DNA of 64,000 bases from Octopus sinensis (Eukaryota), in the NCBI RefSeq assembly GCF_006345805.1, contig NC_043009.1, positions 62,682,001 through 62,746,000 of the forward strand. Direction: 5' to 3'. This document shows, piece by piece, positions 1 to 11,390 of the stretch. Numbering within the stretch: position 1 is the stretch's first letter; each line of letters opens with the position of its first letter. The translations under genes and the position numbers were made by a program. The notes below the pieces were generated by a model. That model saw only the letters and a list, made by a program, of their open reading frames with translations. It had not been told where the DNA came from and did not search any database.

Positions 1-49
1 AAATAAGAAAAAAAGACTTGACACTTGGACAATCATATACATTTGCAAA

Positions 50-1260
50 ATGGATGTTTATACTACAAATAAAGCCAAGAAAAATTTAATCACGATAACC
101 AAAATAATATTTGGTGAGAAAGATTGGAGAGGATCAACTCTCAGGAAAAACCATAACATAACACAAGTACATCACCAAAGATATTGTTCTGTCTGTGTGT
201 TGTCCGAGGAAGTCATCCAGAAGAGGATACAGAAGAGGATACAGAAGAGAATGGCTTGCCTCTGCATCTAAAAAGTAAAAAAAGATGGAAGTGTTTTCTA
301 TATGCATTCAAAATAGTTGGCCAATGTGTAGAATGATGTCTGACCCACAGACCAGAGTAGAGTGTATGGGAGTGTATAAATTATGTTTAAGACAGAGAAC
401 AAGTCAGGAAAACAGGTGGTGCTTGGGCTCCACATACCTGTTGATAGGCTGATGTTGTAGTATATGGAGAGACAAAAGATAAGAGTCACAACCAGAAGAT
501 ATTATTACAAGATTCAATCTTTAGATGGTCATCACATTTGTGGTTCTGTATGAGTAAGTGAGGAGCCTAGAGGTAACATGCAACATCAGTGTGATTCACT
601 GGTGTTTTCTAGGATATGTAAGGTTTGGTGAACCCCAATGACCACAAAACTATACTAGAGCTGTACCCCATTGTTGAGACAGAAAGGAAAGCAATCAGAT
701 TAAAAGTGCAGAACAGAAAGGGCAGTTGCTACATGTGCAGCAAGAGTCACTTGTGGGTTTTCTGTGCAGAGAAATGAGAAAAATGGAGAAGAAAAGTGGG
801 AAGTAGACAGCAGTTGGCCACAGAAACCACTGTTTACAAAGTACCACTGGTTGCAGCTCCAAAGATGGTAAAAGAAATGGCCTCATCTTCAGGGCCAGAA
901 GCTGACAGCTAGGAAACTGAGGGGACCCTTCTCCCTGCCAAAACCAACAGCATGACCCAATGATGATGCAATAATGGGAAATAAATTCAGGTTGGAGGAG
1001 AGTAAAAAATTTTGTGGGGACAGTAAGAAAGGGAAAACAAACAAGACATTCTTGGGTGGATTGAAATGTGTGGCCCTTGGAATCACTGATGAAGATGCCG
1101 AACAATTTATGAGGAGAAGGCTGATTGAAAAGTGCTCCAATTTTGTGGGGATATTTGGATAGCAGACTGTTGGAGAAAAGCACATTAGCAATTTATATAC
1201 CACCAAACTCTGAAGATGTTCACTGATATCTTAGGGAGCAGCAGATTTCAGTATCAGGAG
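50..1260 (+). mobile_element. Possible decayed ORF1 (gag-like zinc knuckle) of a non-LTR retrotransposon
   Basis: 661-777 translates LYPIVETERKAIRLKVQNRKGSCYMCSKSHLWVFCAEK*, a CX2CX3HX4C knuckle-like motif. Surrounding frames are broken. Confidence 0.3.
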
Positions 1261-2242
1261 TGAAATGTGATTGGAGTTGTGGGGTGCTCTAATTTAATGT
1301 GGACACCACTTAGATGATAGTCCCTCAGGTGAGCACGAGGGGGTCGCCCTGTTTGTATTTATGCATTTATAATTACACATTCATATATGTATATGTCTGC
1401 ATTTATATATATATATCAAAAGGATGTCTTATAAAACTGTTCTACACGTACAATAACAACCATACAAACAATCCAACATACCTCCATCATCAGCTGCCCC
1501 ACAGATATCATTATGGTTTCGACACCTGGCAGTACCATTCAATCTGGTGGTATCAACAGCACTAAAATAAGTATTGTTTAGGAACAAACATACCTCAGAC
1601 ATCACCACGTTCATTCAATCTTAATTCTAGGAACGATTAAACTAACATTAATGATTAAACTACAACAAAGAAACCACACTTATCCTAAGTACAAAGACAG
1701 TATCAGTAAATCGATAATTCTGTATGTTCCTTGTGTATTGTCTGTATTTTATTTTTATTTAATTTGTATCTAAATTTTTAATGTTATAATATATTGCATG
1801 GTGCTTTTGTCCCAGTCATCCGTTTTAATATAAATACGCATGAATGTGTGAGTTCTTGTGGTAAAGACATAAATTTTGTGATAAAAAATGAAGAATAAAT
1901 AAATAAACAAATCACTTTCTTGAAATATTCAAAAAGTAAGTGTTCATTCAAGGACAGAACTGATATACTGTTAATTAATCTTCAAACAAGATCAATACAC
2001 GTGTAATTTATATTAAATCAAAATTGTTACACCTTTACCTTAAAAATAACATCAAATGATATAATTATTTAACTTGACTATTTAGAGGGTAAATGAGTAC
2101 AAAAAACAATGGTAATCAATGGGGAAAATTGAACAAGATATCAAGGAGTGTAGCTGGTATCATTGTTAACAATAAACTACAATTTAAAGACAGTCCTCAA
2201 GCGAACCATCCAACCCATGCCAGCATGTGTAATATATATGTA

Positions 2243-2637
2243 GGCGCAGGAGTGGCTGTGTAGTAAGTAGCTTGCTAAACAACCACATGGTTCCGGGTTC
2301 AGTCCCACTGCATGGCATCTTGGGCAAGTGTCTTCTGCTATAGCCCCAGGCCGACCAATGCCTTGTGAGTGGATTTGGTAGACGGAAACTGAAAGAAGCC
2401 TGTCGTATATATGTATATATATATGTGTGTGTGTCTGTGTTTGTCCCCCTAGCATTGCTTGACAACCGATGTTGGTGTGTTTACGTCCCTGTCACTTAGC
2501 GGTTCGGCAAAAGAAACTGATAGAATAAGTACTGGGCTTACAAAGAATAAGTCCTGGGGTCGATTTGCTCGACTAAAGGCGGTGCTCCAGCATGGCCGCA
2601 GTCAAATGACTGAAACAAGTAAAAGAGTAAAAGAGTA
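2243..2637 (+). mobile_element. tRNA-derived SINE family A, full-length copy
   Basis: tRNA-like head with A box (TGGCTGTGTAG) and B box (GGTTCAGTCCC), internal (TA/TG) microsatellite, tail GACTGAAACAAGTAAAAGAGTAAAAGAG. Many copies in the window. Confidence 0.85.
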
Positions 2638-2989
2638 TACTGTATTTTCTGGCATACAAGTTGCTGTAGTATATAGTGTAAACATTCAAATTTTGTCACT
2701 ATCTTTCCAAATCCTGCTGCTTTTCACATGGAATTTTGTGTTCTCCAGAGTTGTTTTAGTTTATCAGTTGATCTATCTTTTTGGTTGTAAATTTTAGCCT
2801 AAAAAATTTGACTTGTATACTGGAAAATACAGTATACGTACATATGCATGCATGTGCGCGTATGTGTGTATCTAAATATGACTAATAACAGAATTAAAGG
2901 TTTGAATTGTAGGGACTATAGTCGATTTACGTCAGGCCAACACCCCTGTCTAGAAAAAGCAAAGCTTAGTTACAAAAAACATCTCTGGC

Positions 2990-3220
2990 AATTCAAAATC
3001 AAGACTTGGGAGAGGAAGGAAACATACGATACATCAGGTCTTGACCTGGAAACCACAAGGGAGATAGATGGAAGAGTGGATATCCTTAAAATAGCTGCAG
3101 GTGGTATGCTGAAGCAGAGCTTAAGAATTAGGGATGTAAATGGAGAGACACAGAAAGGGCAGTCCAATGTTGAAAACAGTGGAGAAAAATCATCAATGGC
3201 ATGGAATTCAATAAGAATGA
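2990..3220 (+). mobile_element. Highly degenerate RTE 3' fragment
   Basis: An alternative frame reads HQVLTWKPQGR*... with multiple stops, matching the RTE motif QALTWNPQGKRKRGRP. Confidence 0.55.
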
Positions 3221-3818
3221 ATGCTGGCATGGGTTGGATGGCTTGGCAGGAACTGGCAAGGCCAGGGACTGCACCAGGTTCCACAGTCTGTTTTGACTTA
3301 GTTTCTATGGTTGGATGCCCTTCCTAATGCCAACCACTTTATAAAGTATACTGGGTGCTTTTTACATGGCACCAGCACTCACATACCTACCTCTCTATCA
3401 ATTAATCAATATGGAGCAAATAATTCACGAGAAAAATAATTCATGAAAAAATAATTTGTGACGATACCATTGACTCTGTTATTATCTAGTGTAACAATTT
3501 AAAAATGATAACAGAATCAATAATATAAGCGATTGCAGGCTCCCCAAAATGCATTAAATACCTGAAGGATTTTAATCCTTCAACTATATATATATGACAT
3601 ACTTCTTTTAGTTTCTACCTACCAAATCCACTCACAAGGCTTTCGTCAGCCCAAAGCTATCATAGAAGACATTTGCCCAAGGAGGGACCGAATGTGGGAC
3701 CGTGTGGTTGGGTAACTTCTTACTACACAGCCATGCCTGCATCTTAGCAATTGTCAGCTTACTAGTTGTGTGTAACAGACAATGGCAACAGCATTTGAGA
3801 AATAAGGTGACCACAGGT

Positions 3819-3819
<1 letters not shown>

Positions 3820-3853
<34 letters not shown>

Positions 3854-4625
3854 TGTGTACAGTGCTCAGGTGCACTACAACTCATCTAAAGTGTATATAT
3901 AATCAGGTGTAGTTTCGGCGGATTTCGGAAAGCATGAGGGCCTTAAAAGATGCAGTGTCATGGCAGTCAACAACTGACGCAGGCAGTTTATTCCATGCTT
4001 CAGCAACTCTGAGCGTGAAAAAATGTTTCCGAAAGTCATGGGAGCTGTATTGTTTTCTGACTTTGTAGGCATGTCCACGTGTGTTAGACACATGGAGATC
4101 AAAAAGGTGTTCAGTGTTGTTGTTGGTGAGGTGGTTGATAACCTTGTGGGTGTTTACCAAGTCCGTCGCCAAACGCCGGAGCTTCAGTGAATCCATGCCC
4201 AGGGAAACAAGGCGCTCAGAATATGGTAGGTGTCTGATGGAGGGTATGCGTTTGGTTGCACGTCTCTGGACAGATTCCAGGAGGTCAATGTTCTGTGCAA
4301 GATAGGGGTTCCAAACTGATGATGCGAATTCCAAGTGTGGTCGTACCATAGCTGTATACAGTTTTAAATAGATGGCTGGAGAGCGGCTAACAAAAGACCT
4401 GCTGAGTGATGCCAAGACACCCTCGGCCTTCCTGACAATCTTAGAGATATGCTTTGACCAACGCAAATCACTGCTGACAGTGATGCCTAGGTCACGCTCG
4501 CAAGAGGATTTCTTGATATCAGTGTTGTGGAGGGAGTATGTGAACGCAGGGTTTTTTCTCCCAAAATGCATGGTGGTACACTTGTCCACAGCCAGTTTCA
4601 GTTGCCAGTCTGTGATCCATTGCTG
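3820..4625 (-). mobile_element. 5'-truncated copy of the same CR1 LINE (3' ~775 bp plus ATT tail)
   Basis: Its reverse complement matches 20854-21656 with 6 substitutions outside the tail. The track ORF 3903-4589 equals the ORF2 C-terminus. Confidence 0.95.
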
Positions 4626-4983
4626 TTTATCTCGTTTCAGTTTGATGTAGAAAATAATTGACGCTGTTTTATGCTTGTTTCCTTATATTTGTGTCTATCT
4701 GTAAGTAGCTCATTAACGCAAGTTTTTACCAATGGAGATTTTTTCCCCCTTGACAAAATGTTAATAAATCTATTCAGCTCTATCTTATATATATATAATA
4801 GCTTGATTCAACCTTGATAATTAAGTGTTGACTTGTCTTAACGGAGTTAATTGACACTGATCTCAGTAATCAACTTGCTAATCAAATATTGATTCATCAA
4901 GATTCTCAAGAGTGAAGACTTACGATTGATATGCAATTAAGTTCGAAACGAAGAGGGAAAAGAATAGTCTGTATGTGTGTGCC

Positions 4984-5068
<85 letters not shown>

Positions 5069-5199
5069 CACTAAGCACATAAATGTGAAACAAGGTGGAA
5101 AAAAGAGTACTCAAATACCAAAGGTAGAGTAATATGATTTATTTAAAAGCAGCAGAAATATAACAAAAGCTGTTACTCGGAGTTTCACGTTCCCGTTCG

Positions 5200-5261
<62 letters not shown>

Positions 5262-5632
5262 GACAAAAAAAATAGGTTTCCAGAGAAATAATTGTTTCAC
5301 TCATCAGAAATATGTTGCCTCAAATATTTTTTTTCTTTTCACAGAATTTCCCACCACATTCATACTGTGCGTGTGCGTGTGTGTGTATCAGTATTAAAAG
5401 GTGATGGTGATGGTTACAATATAAGAAGTGACAGCGTATAGAGAATTGATATTTAAGATAGAATAAACAATAACATGTAGGTGATTGACTAATATTTAGC
5501 ACTAAAGTATTATTATACGGATGTGTGTGTGTGTGTACATACATACACACTGGAGCAAAGACAGTGGTCCACTGATCTGTGGATTCCTTTAATCCATGTC
5601 AGCATGGAAAGTAGATATGAAATGAATATCAT

Positions 5633-5909
5633 GGTACTACTAGCGAACAGTGGTCCCGGTGCGCGAACACGCGCAAGCTGGTCGTAAGTAGTCGATCCTA
5701 AAGCGACTACCTAGCAAAGTAAATAAAACACAAAATAAATAATTTTTTTACACAAAGTAAATAATACACAAAAACACAAAAAAATATTTTTTTAAACAAA
5801 GTAAATAACACAAAAACAAAGTAAGGATCGACTAGTCATGACTAGCTATAAGCGCGGATGCGCGACTACGCGAGCGCGCGCACTGGGACCACTGTTCGCT
5901 AGCAGTACC
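5633..5909. mobile_element. 277-bp MITE with GG-terminal TIRs and 9-bp TSD (Merlin- or Mutator-type)
   Basis: Left GGTACTACTAGCGAACAGTGGTCCCGGTGCGCG versus the right end reverse-complemented GGTACTGCTAGCGAACAGTGGTCCCAGTGCGCG (2 mismatches in 33). Direct repeat GAATATCAT at 5624-5632 and 5910-5918. Confidence 0.9.
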
Positions 5910-6325
5910 GAATATCATTATATATATATATAAACGTCACCCATACGCACAAGCTTGATAGTTTTCTATTTCTTACTACCAATATTATGCAATTATAAGC
6001 TTTTATTCATTCTCCTACATAAAATTACCGATATATATATATAAAGAGAGCATGCCATCACCTTTCCCTTTTGTACTGCCACTTATAATACCCTATTATA
6101 CTTTAGATTAGCTGTGTCAGCAATTCCTTTGTTTATTGTTACAATTATTTCAATGACAGCTAATTAACTAAACGTATACAGTACAGTTAAATATATTATT
6201 TATCATTAAGCTGAATAAAGCTGCAATAAAACCTATCTGGTTTTTTGAGCTTTATGGACTGACAAGGGCTTTTGTTATCTGCCCCTGACAAACCGGTAGT
6301 CTCGCCTGCTAGCTGCTAGATGTCA

Positions 6326-6487
6326 CACGTGTATAAAGAGGTGTTGTCGCTTACTTGGAGATCGAGTCATGACTGCGGAAGGTCGGGGGGAGGGGGGAAA
6401 CTCTGGGGCTTTTTCCCGACTTTGTGGAATAAGGCGTTCCAGGACAACCGCTTTTCCTAAGTGCGCTATGACCGCACTAGTAACAAG
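6326..6487 (+). promoter_or_regulatory. Possible TATA-type promoter and first exon
   Basis: CACGTG 6326-6331 abuts TATAAAG 6332-6338. CpG-rich unique sequence follows, ending in AAG/GTGCGC after 6487. Confidence 0.3.
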
Positions 6488-6982
6488 GTGCGCGCGCGTG
6501 TGCGTGCGTGTGTGTGCGACATAGAGAGAAAAAGTATTGAAGTGTTGTTAGAATTATGACAATTCTTCTTACTTCGCTGCAGTGCTTCGTCAAAAAAAAC
6601 AAACTAACCATTTCTTTAGAATTAGTTTCCTTTTATGAAAGAATTATTAATGTTGACATTACGCCGAAATAAACGTTATATTGGGTCAGTGTAGTTTTGG
6701 CCAAAGGAAGTGTAAAGTTTCTGTTAGGAAGCAGACCAAAGTGAGCAAAATTCTTTTGCCTCATCGATATATTCAACATCATCATCGCCACCACCGCGTT
6801 ATCATTCAATATTTCGCGGTCTCTCTTATCTCTTTTATTAACTTCTTGCAATCCAGGTAGATAATACATCTGGCCTCATAAATTTCCCCTTCGCTTCTAA
6901 TTATTTGATAGTCTTGCCATTTTATTATTACGGTTTTACCATATTTTCTTCGCTTTAAACTATTCCCACTTCTCTCCAACTC

Positions 6983-7814
6983 TGATCTCTCTTACGTCTC
7001 CCTCCCTCTCTCACTGATCTCTCTTACATCTCCCTCCCTCTCTCACTCATCTCTCTTACATCTTCCTCCCTCTGTCACTGATCTCTCTTACATCTCCCTC
7101 CCTCTCTCACTCATCTCTCTTACATCTTCCTCCCTCTGTCACTGATCTCTCTTACATCTCCCTCCCTCTCTCACTCATCTCTCTTACATCTCCCTCCCTC
7201 TCTCACTGTTCTCTCTTACATCTCCCTCCCTCTCTCACTCATCTCTCTTACATTTCCCTCCCTCTCTCACTCATCTCTCTTACATTTCCCTCCCTCTCTC
7301 ACTGATCTCTCTTACATCTTCCTCCTTCTCTCACTCATCTCTCTTACATCTCCCTCCCTCTCTCACTCATCTCTCTTACATCTCCCTCCCTCTCACTCAT
7401 CTCTCTTACATCTTCCTCCTCTCTCACTCATCTCTCTTACATCTCCCTCCCTCTCTCACTCATCTCTCTTACATCTCCCTCCCTCTCACTCATCTCTCTT
7501 ACATTTCCCTCCCTCTCTCACTGATCTCTCTTACATCTTCCTCCTTCTCTCACTCATCTCTCTTACATCTCCCTCCCTCTCTCACTCATCTCTCTTACAT
7601 CTCCCTCCCTCTCTCACTGTTCTCTCTTACATCTCCCTCCCTCTCTCACTGATCTCTCTTACATTTCCCTCCCTTTCTCACCGATCTCTCTTACACCCCC
7701 CTATCACCGATCTCTCTTACATCTCCCGCTCTCTCTCACTGAACTTTGTTACATCTCCCTCCCTCTCTCACTCATCTCTCTTACATCTCCCTCCCTCTCT
7801 CACTCATCTCTCTT
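6983..7814. repeat. 32-bp minisatellite, ~26 units, consensus TCATCTCTCTTACATCTCCCTCCCTCTCTCAC
   Basis: Units read directly. Variants are TG/TC at the unit start, CTT/TTT/CTC in the middle, and some 30-bp units. Confidence 0.95.
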
Positions 7815-10800
7815 CTCTCCTTCTATAGTTCTATCACCTCCTCCTCCCACATCTCTCACTAACTCTTTAATTGTTACTTTTCGACTTCCACGAATTCCTT
7901 CTTCCTCTCTTTTACTCAGCGGCTTTCATTTTTCCGTTCCATCTCCCACATCTCCCAGTGTCTTTCCTTCTCACTCCGATTTATCTTCCTCTCCTCTCAC
8001 TTTCCTGATCTCTCACTCTTTATATCTCCCACCTTCCGTTTCTCATCTTTGCTATTCCTCCCCACCACAACTGTATTTAACTACTCAGATATTTGCTTTC
8101 CTCTGTTAATATTCAATCCACCTTCCTCCATCGCAATATTTTACTTTCAATAAACGATGCCTGCTATTGCAAATTTCTTCACAATAATTCCTCTCTTTTC
8201 CTTCGTTTCCACTTCTCTACGGCGCTTTTACTCTATCTACCTGTCTACTTTATCCGCACTACTCCTTTCTATCAATAATTCCTTACGTAAGCACGCACAC
8301 TCAGATTTATAATGCAAGGAGAGAATAAGAGATTATGTGTGGTTTATCTCTTCCTAAATAAAGCTCGCGTACTCAGTTTCATGAGGATATGGGATTAAGT
8401 GTGGTTTATCCCTTTCTAAAGGGATATCTCCATTTGGGAATTTTTACTTGTCATGGAATCAGCTCGCATATCTGGAGGTTTCTACGCCATTCTCACATAT
8501 TAATAATAATAATAATCGAATTACTCAAAACGATGAATTTTCGTTTAAAATTGCTGTGTCCATCAAACCAGCACTCGATTAATTTTAATTAAAGTAAGAG
8601 TACACGGGAAAACAGGATAAAGACCATCATCGATTAATTAAAGTTCTGATATTATTCAGAGAGCCATTAGTCACTATGTTGTGTAAAAATTATCTAACCA
8701 CGTTGTTATTTTTTTTACAATTATGGATTAATTATGTTAGAAAATTACGGCATTTCCTTCCTTTACAAGAAATTGCCTTCAATTTTGGTTAAGTTTTGTT
8801 TTAGCTTTAATAAGAGAAAGAAAAGCGAGGGAAGAAGAAAAAATGCTTTGCTAACAAACAAATCGTATTGTAATTGTCCATGTTTTAGAGCAATAAAAAA
8901 GAAAATCGATGCCATATAATAATATATTTGACTATTTATGGCTCTTGTTTGGAAGAAGAAGAAGGAAAAGATCCAAAAAGAATTGTCAAGGAAAATGGAA
9001 AAGAGAGTCATCAGTTTAACTAGCGGCCTAATAATGAAGGAGTCTGATTTGGTAAAATATCTCAGATTTAGAGAAAAAGGTAAATGCTTCAAGTGCGGGA
9101 ACGAAACTTGCTCAGGGGGTGCAAACCAGGTGCCAAAATGTTTTACAAACCAGATTGATTCTTTCAATCTTAATATCAAAACAAACGCAGGTATAATAAT
9201 AATAATAATAATAATAGTAGTAGTAGTAGTAGTAACTATTATCGTGTTTGTACATTAATCAAATCAGTACAAAATTTTTGTATGTTCGTTCGTTTTAGCG
9301 ACAAAGTTTTTCAGGAGGATGCTCAAAGTGCTTTCAGTTGCCCTACCAAAAATTTGCACCTGCTGTTCCCAAGCTTATGTGTAAATAACATTTTAAGGAA
9401 TTTCTCAAGGATAGCTATGTAATGGAAGATACAATTAAGCAACAAAAGACGATCAAACTGGTAATCAATAGAAAATATAATTAAGGAATGAAAATGGTGA
9501 CTAGATTCACATAAGGGTTTACCTGTAATTTCATGGTATTCCCTCTCAGGGAGTAATAACTTTACACAACACTCAAAAAGTTTTGGAGTAGATATCAAAT
9601 AACCTCAGAACTAGGAAGCTGCCTTGCACCTCTTCCTATGTTCATACTTGTTTTACCTGTATATAACCCATGTCTCTTATACCTCTACCTATGTCCACCT
9701 TACCTATGCACAGCCATCTCTCCACATCTCCAACAACTATGTCTTTCCATCACCCCTATCTCTTCTATACCCATCTAAGTTCCAACAGCTACACATGCCT
9801 ACCTGTCTTCCATTTCTGCTCACCTATCTCTCACCCCCACACCTGCACTCACCTAATTACTCACTTCAACCTTGTGTCCCACTCATCTCTCTACATCTAC
9901 CTATGCTAACCATCTCTCCTTCCTCCAATAATCTCTTTCGCATTCCCCACCCACCCAATTCCAGATCCACACAAACATTATGTTTCATCTTGTTTATCCT
10001 ACACAGAACCTCAACCTTCTGGAACTTCTGTATCTAATTGCTATGCGGAAAAGTTACCAGCCATATAGCTCCCACTTGGCAAGGAAAAACAACCTACAAA
10101 AGGCCATATACCAAGACCTTCTAACTTTATTTTCAGTTTATCTCTTTGCGGTTCTTATGTGGTGTGGGTGAAAAAAAAAAGTGTAATTCACCTACCTTGT
10201 GGGTCCTCTTCTAACATTGATCCTTTCCAGCTGGGATATATCTGTGGGAGCCCTACCCACCTAACCTCTGGCCAGAACCTAATGGCAAATTCTCTCAACT
10301 CATGTGGCCACCACATCTGTCCTGAGTGACATCCCCTCAGCAAAAGAGGCCCATGCTAGTCATCCTTCACCTTGAATGGCCTCCCTTGCTCTTTTCCTTC
10401 TGGCAAGGCCCCTCAGCTGTTAATCTAACATCAATGACCCTATACTTCCACACACACACATACCATTCCCAAGGCTTTGGTTAGCCTGGGACCAAAGTAG
10501 AAGACATTTTCCCAAGGTGCCATGCAGTAGAACTCAACTTGAAGTCATGTGTCCTGGCAGCAAGCTTCTTACCACATGACTATAATGTATTTAGGAAAAT
10601 AAGTGTCTCTGGACATTTTGATATCTGATCAGTATGTCACTGTGTTCCCTGGGGCAATGCAATGGGTATGTTTGACTTTTAAATGTTTATATTCTGTCAC
10701 TGAGATGATTTCAATTGAAAGTCACAGAATTGTTTGCTATATTTATGTCCAGTCCAGTCGATTAATCTTGGCCTCAGGTGTGTAAATCGTAAGCAAACTT

Positions 10801-10938
10801 GAAGACACATTGATATGATAAGGCGTGACTGTTTGTACACTGATGATTTGGCATAGCTGACTGGATATTCAACGTGTTTTGGCACTGGAGGCAAACACAC
10901 ATATACATGCAGGCATGTACAGAAATATACATATATAT

Positions 10939-11103
10939 AGGCATAGGAGTGGCTGTGTGGTAAGTAGCTTGCTTACAAACCACATGGTTCTGGGTTCAGT
11001 CCCACTCTGTGGCACCTTGGGCAAGTGTCTTCTATTATAGCCTCGTGCCGACCATAGCCTTGTGAATGGATTTGGTTGATGGAAACTGAAAGAGGGCTGT
11101 CAT

Positions 11104-11163
<60 letters not shown>

Positions 11164-11390
11164 GTGTGTGTATATGTTTGTGTGTCTGTGTTTGTCCCCC
11201 CAACATCGCTTGACAACTGATGCTGGTGTGTTTACATCCCCCATAACTTAGTGGTTCGGCAAAAGAGACCAATAGAATAAGTACTAGGCTTACAATGAAT
11301 AATGCCTGGGGTCGATTTGCTCAACTAAAGGCGGTGCTCCAGCATGGCCACAGTCAAATGACTGAAACCAGTAAAAGAGTAAAAAGAGTA
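10939..11390 (+). mobile_element. SINE family A, full-length copy
   Basis: Colinear with 2243-2637, with an expanded (TA)n core. Confidence 0.85.

Noticed and set aside
2243-2320. tRNA-like heads as tRNA genes (also 10939, 13578, 47568)
   Set aside because: They have no complete cloverleaf and continue directly into SINE bodies.
2848-3327. 159-aa ORF as a host gene
   Set aside because: It runs through a degenerate RTE fragment (RTE motif in another frame) and into a family C repeat.
3853-4625. A-to-G differences between the LINE copies as fossil ADAR edits
   Set aside because: Only 2 of 6 substitutions are A/G; the pattern is better explained by silent-site divergence between source elements.
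6983-7814. 32-bp periodic array as a CRISPR array
   Set aside because: The units are head-to-tail with no unique spacers, there are no cas genes, and the context is eukaryotic.
9624-10430. Possible Penelope GIY-YIG relic (CTSSYVHTCFTC)
   Set aside because: The similarity is limited to one short, interrupted motif, too little to call.
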